Part shown: positions 62,028 through 64,000 of the stretch, in pieces
Numbering within the stretch: the first letter of the stretch is position 1
Layout of the letters: every line of letters starts with the position of its first letter
Assembly (NCBI GenBank): GCA_035084275.1
Contig: CM068769.1
Span: forward strand, 992,001 to 1,056,000
Length of the DNA: 64,000 bases
Reading direction: 5' to 3'
Origin: Hydrolagus colliei
Lineage: Eukaryota
Translations under genes and position numbers: made by a program
Notes under the pieces: generated by a model
Told to the model about the DNA's origin: nothing
Databases searched by the model: none
The model's input: only the letters and a program-made list of their open reading frames with translations

Positions 62028-62893
62028 CCTCCACTCGCTATCCCTCACCGCAATTATCAGATTCCGCTCAACTTCTCCGCTCCCTCCACACAGTCAAATT
62101 CACATTCACCGCCCACACCCTCCACCAACATCAAATTCACCCCGAACCCCAGAAACATCGGTATCAGGGTTTCAGCCATTCAGTCTCTTCTCAATGTATC
62201 TGCATCCCTGACTCGCTCAATGCTTTCCCTCGTTCCAGATTCATTTTGATGACCGAGTATTTTGACCATGCTTTAGGTCGTCTTTCCCGCCATTTTACTG
62301 CACAAATCCAGGTGAAATTGCGAAGCCTGTCAGGTACACGGCTTGTTCCACCCCCAAGTTGAAATGCACTGATTAATATCAGTTAGAGTTGGTTTAGAAT
62401 TAAATTATCCACTGTGTGTGGGTCGTTTTGTCGGTAAAAAAAAATGCTGGTGTTTGCCGTGAAATGAAAATCACTACATTTTGGAAATCATTTTGGACGT
62501 GTTCCTGACATAGAGGTTCATCTTTAATGTTCGTATACTTTTTCTGTGAGGCATCGATTTGACGGAATTATCTTTCCTGATCGAGGCAAATGAAACAGGT
62601 GCTAACATTGCGAGCGTTCCCAAGTGAGAGGGCATAGGTTAAATTCCAGGGAATGGATAAAACTTTGGTAAGAATCCTCATTCAGCGTGGCCGTATTTAC
62701 GCCAAATTAGTTAGGAACCCTGCTTTTATTCGATTGGCGTTTAGCCCACAAAATATACAATCAACAAAGTGTTGTGTTTGGCACTTTGAGATGCATTAAA
62801 CAATAGCTTGATATCAAAAGAAAGCATTCTACATATCGAGATTATGTAAAAACTACAAAAATGTTATTGAGTGAGGTTTTACACTGCACTTAC

Positions 62894-63178
62894 CTATCAC
62901 AGTGATTCCCACTCGCTCGCTCTCTGGTGATGTAAACTCTTGCCCTTCTATACGTTTGATATATTTACACCAGTAATTTCCTGCTCTGATCGCCGATGTG
63001 ATGAATGTAGTCATGTTCTTATTCTCTGGAGCTGGTTGTGATGTCATAACCTCGCCGTCTCTGTATAAAGAGAATGTGCTGCCAGGATAATTACCAGAAC
63101 ACGAGATCTCAGGGCTTTCCCCTCTCACAAACAGCCGAAAATCTGGCTTCAGGGAAATGGCGGGTTTCTATAGCGGAT
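62894..63178 (-). pseudogene. Ig C2 domain exon A (upstream paralog or orphan exon)
   Basis: 285 nt, DPL*KPAISL..VRGESPEISCSGNYPGS..AGNYWCKY..SPESERVGITV. Has TAG where exon F has CAG. Confidence 0.9.
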
Positions 63179-64000
63179 CTGGAATTGAAACAAAGTTAAG
63201 CTAATCTCACAATCAATCGCTCTGCTCTGTCCTGCGTCTGTCAACATCAGTATTGACAATGACCGTAGTCGCAGCTGTTTATCTGTAGAAGTGACACTGT
63301 TTCTCTTTGAGATTCAAGATTGGACAGAACAGTGGACTATTAATGAAATCAGATTACAATTGCCATTGATAACGTACTCACTGCGATTCGGCAACAGTCT
63401 GGATCGGTGTTCGAGTCTCTGAGTTAAATTAGTCAGTGTTCAAGTCACACACGAGCGACTTTGAACGAACAGCCCGGCCGACGCTGGGGGAGTGAATCAC
63501 TGCATTCCGTTGGGTGAGATGTTAAATGACAGTTCTGCATTTCTACAGCTCAAATAGAAATCAAAGATCCAGAGGCTTGATGTGAAAATAGAACTGAGCT
63601 TTTCTAAATTATCTGACCAACCACCCTCCAAATATAGTTCTGAATTTGAACTATCGAATTGTGATCAAGATCTTGCTTTTCACCTTCACCTCCCTCAACA
63701 TTATCTCTTTACCCAACCTCTGTTAACTCTTCAAATCCCAAGATACAGTCACCCACTTCACTCAGTGAGTAACAGCCTATTTTGCTTACTCATCCTCAAC
63801 ACTTGGCTATCAACCTTCACGCACCCCACCCAACCCATCACTATAAACCTCACCTACCCCGCCCTTCACCTACAGTGACTAACTTCAACACAGTTACCCT
63901 AACATTGGGATCAGACTTTCTTACATTCCGCCATACTGCAAAGGATCCAGTTCATGGAGGCCCTCTGATTCGTGCCCTATTTCCCCTCATTCCAGGATGT

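Noticed and set aside
1-64000. D, J or C segments, IgH-like V or NAR-TCR V units
   Set aside because: No FGxG/WGxG J with a 5' RSS, no doubly RSS-flanked D, and no constant exon were found by eye. Subtle D segments could have been missed.

Overview
Vertebrate genomic DNA, most likely from a cartilaginous fish. This is inferred from CR1 LINEs with (ATTCTATG)n tails, abundant L2 fragments, and a tRNA-head SINE whose body resembles the AmnSINE1/SacSINE1 group; the species cannot be determined. Positions 1-27 kb are the distal (5') end of a T-cell receptor alpha/delta-type V array on the minus strand. It holds nine V exons from four subfamilies (called A-D here) with 23-type RSSs, plus three degenerate V relics. 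Only one V (15981-16437) looks fully intact. No D, J or C segments were found; they should lie left of the window. Positions 27-50 kb are repeat-rich and contain a decayed leader+SRCR gene and a 143-N gap. Positions 50.4-63.2 kb contain a decayed minus-strand multi-Ig (LILR/LITR-like C2) inhibitory receptor with a TM exon and ITIMs. The three most unusual observations: (1) a 1.4-kb insertion splits a V exon and carries fused PEBP4-, UQCC2- and histone H2B-derived fragments; (2) all nine V RSS positions are followed immediately by either a tRNA-SINE Pol III promoter (7, one a weak remnant) or a CTCF-like site (2); (3) an ITIM Ig-receptor gene and an SRCR gene sit at the edge of the TCR V array. 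All homology calls come from motif recognition and recalled sequences, not database searches.
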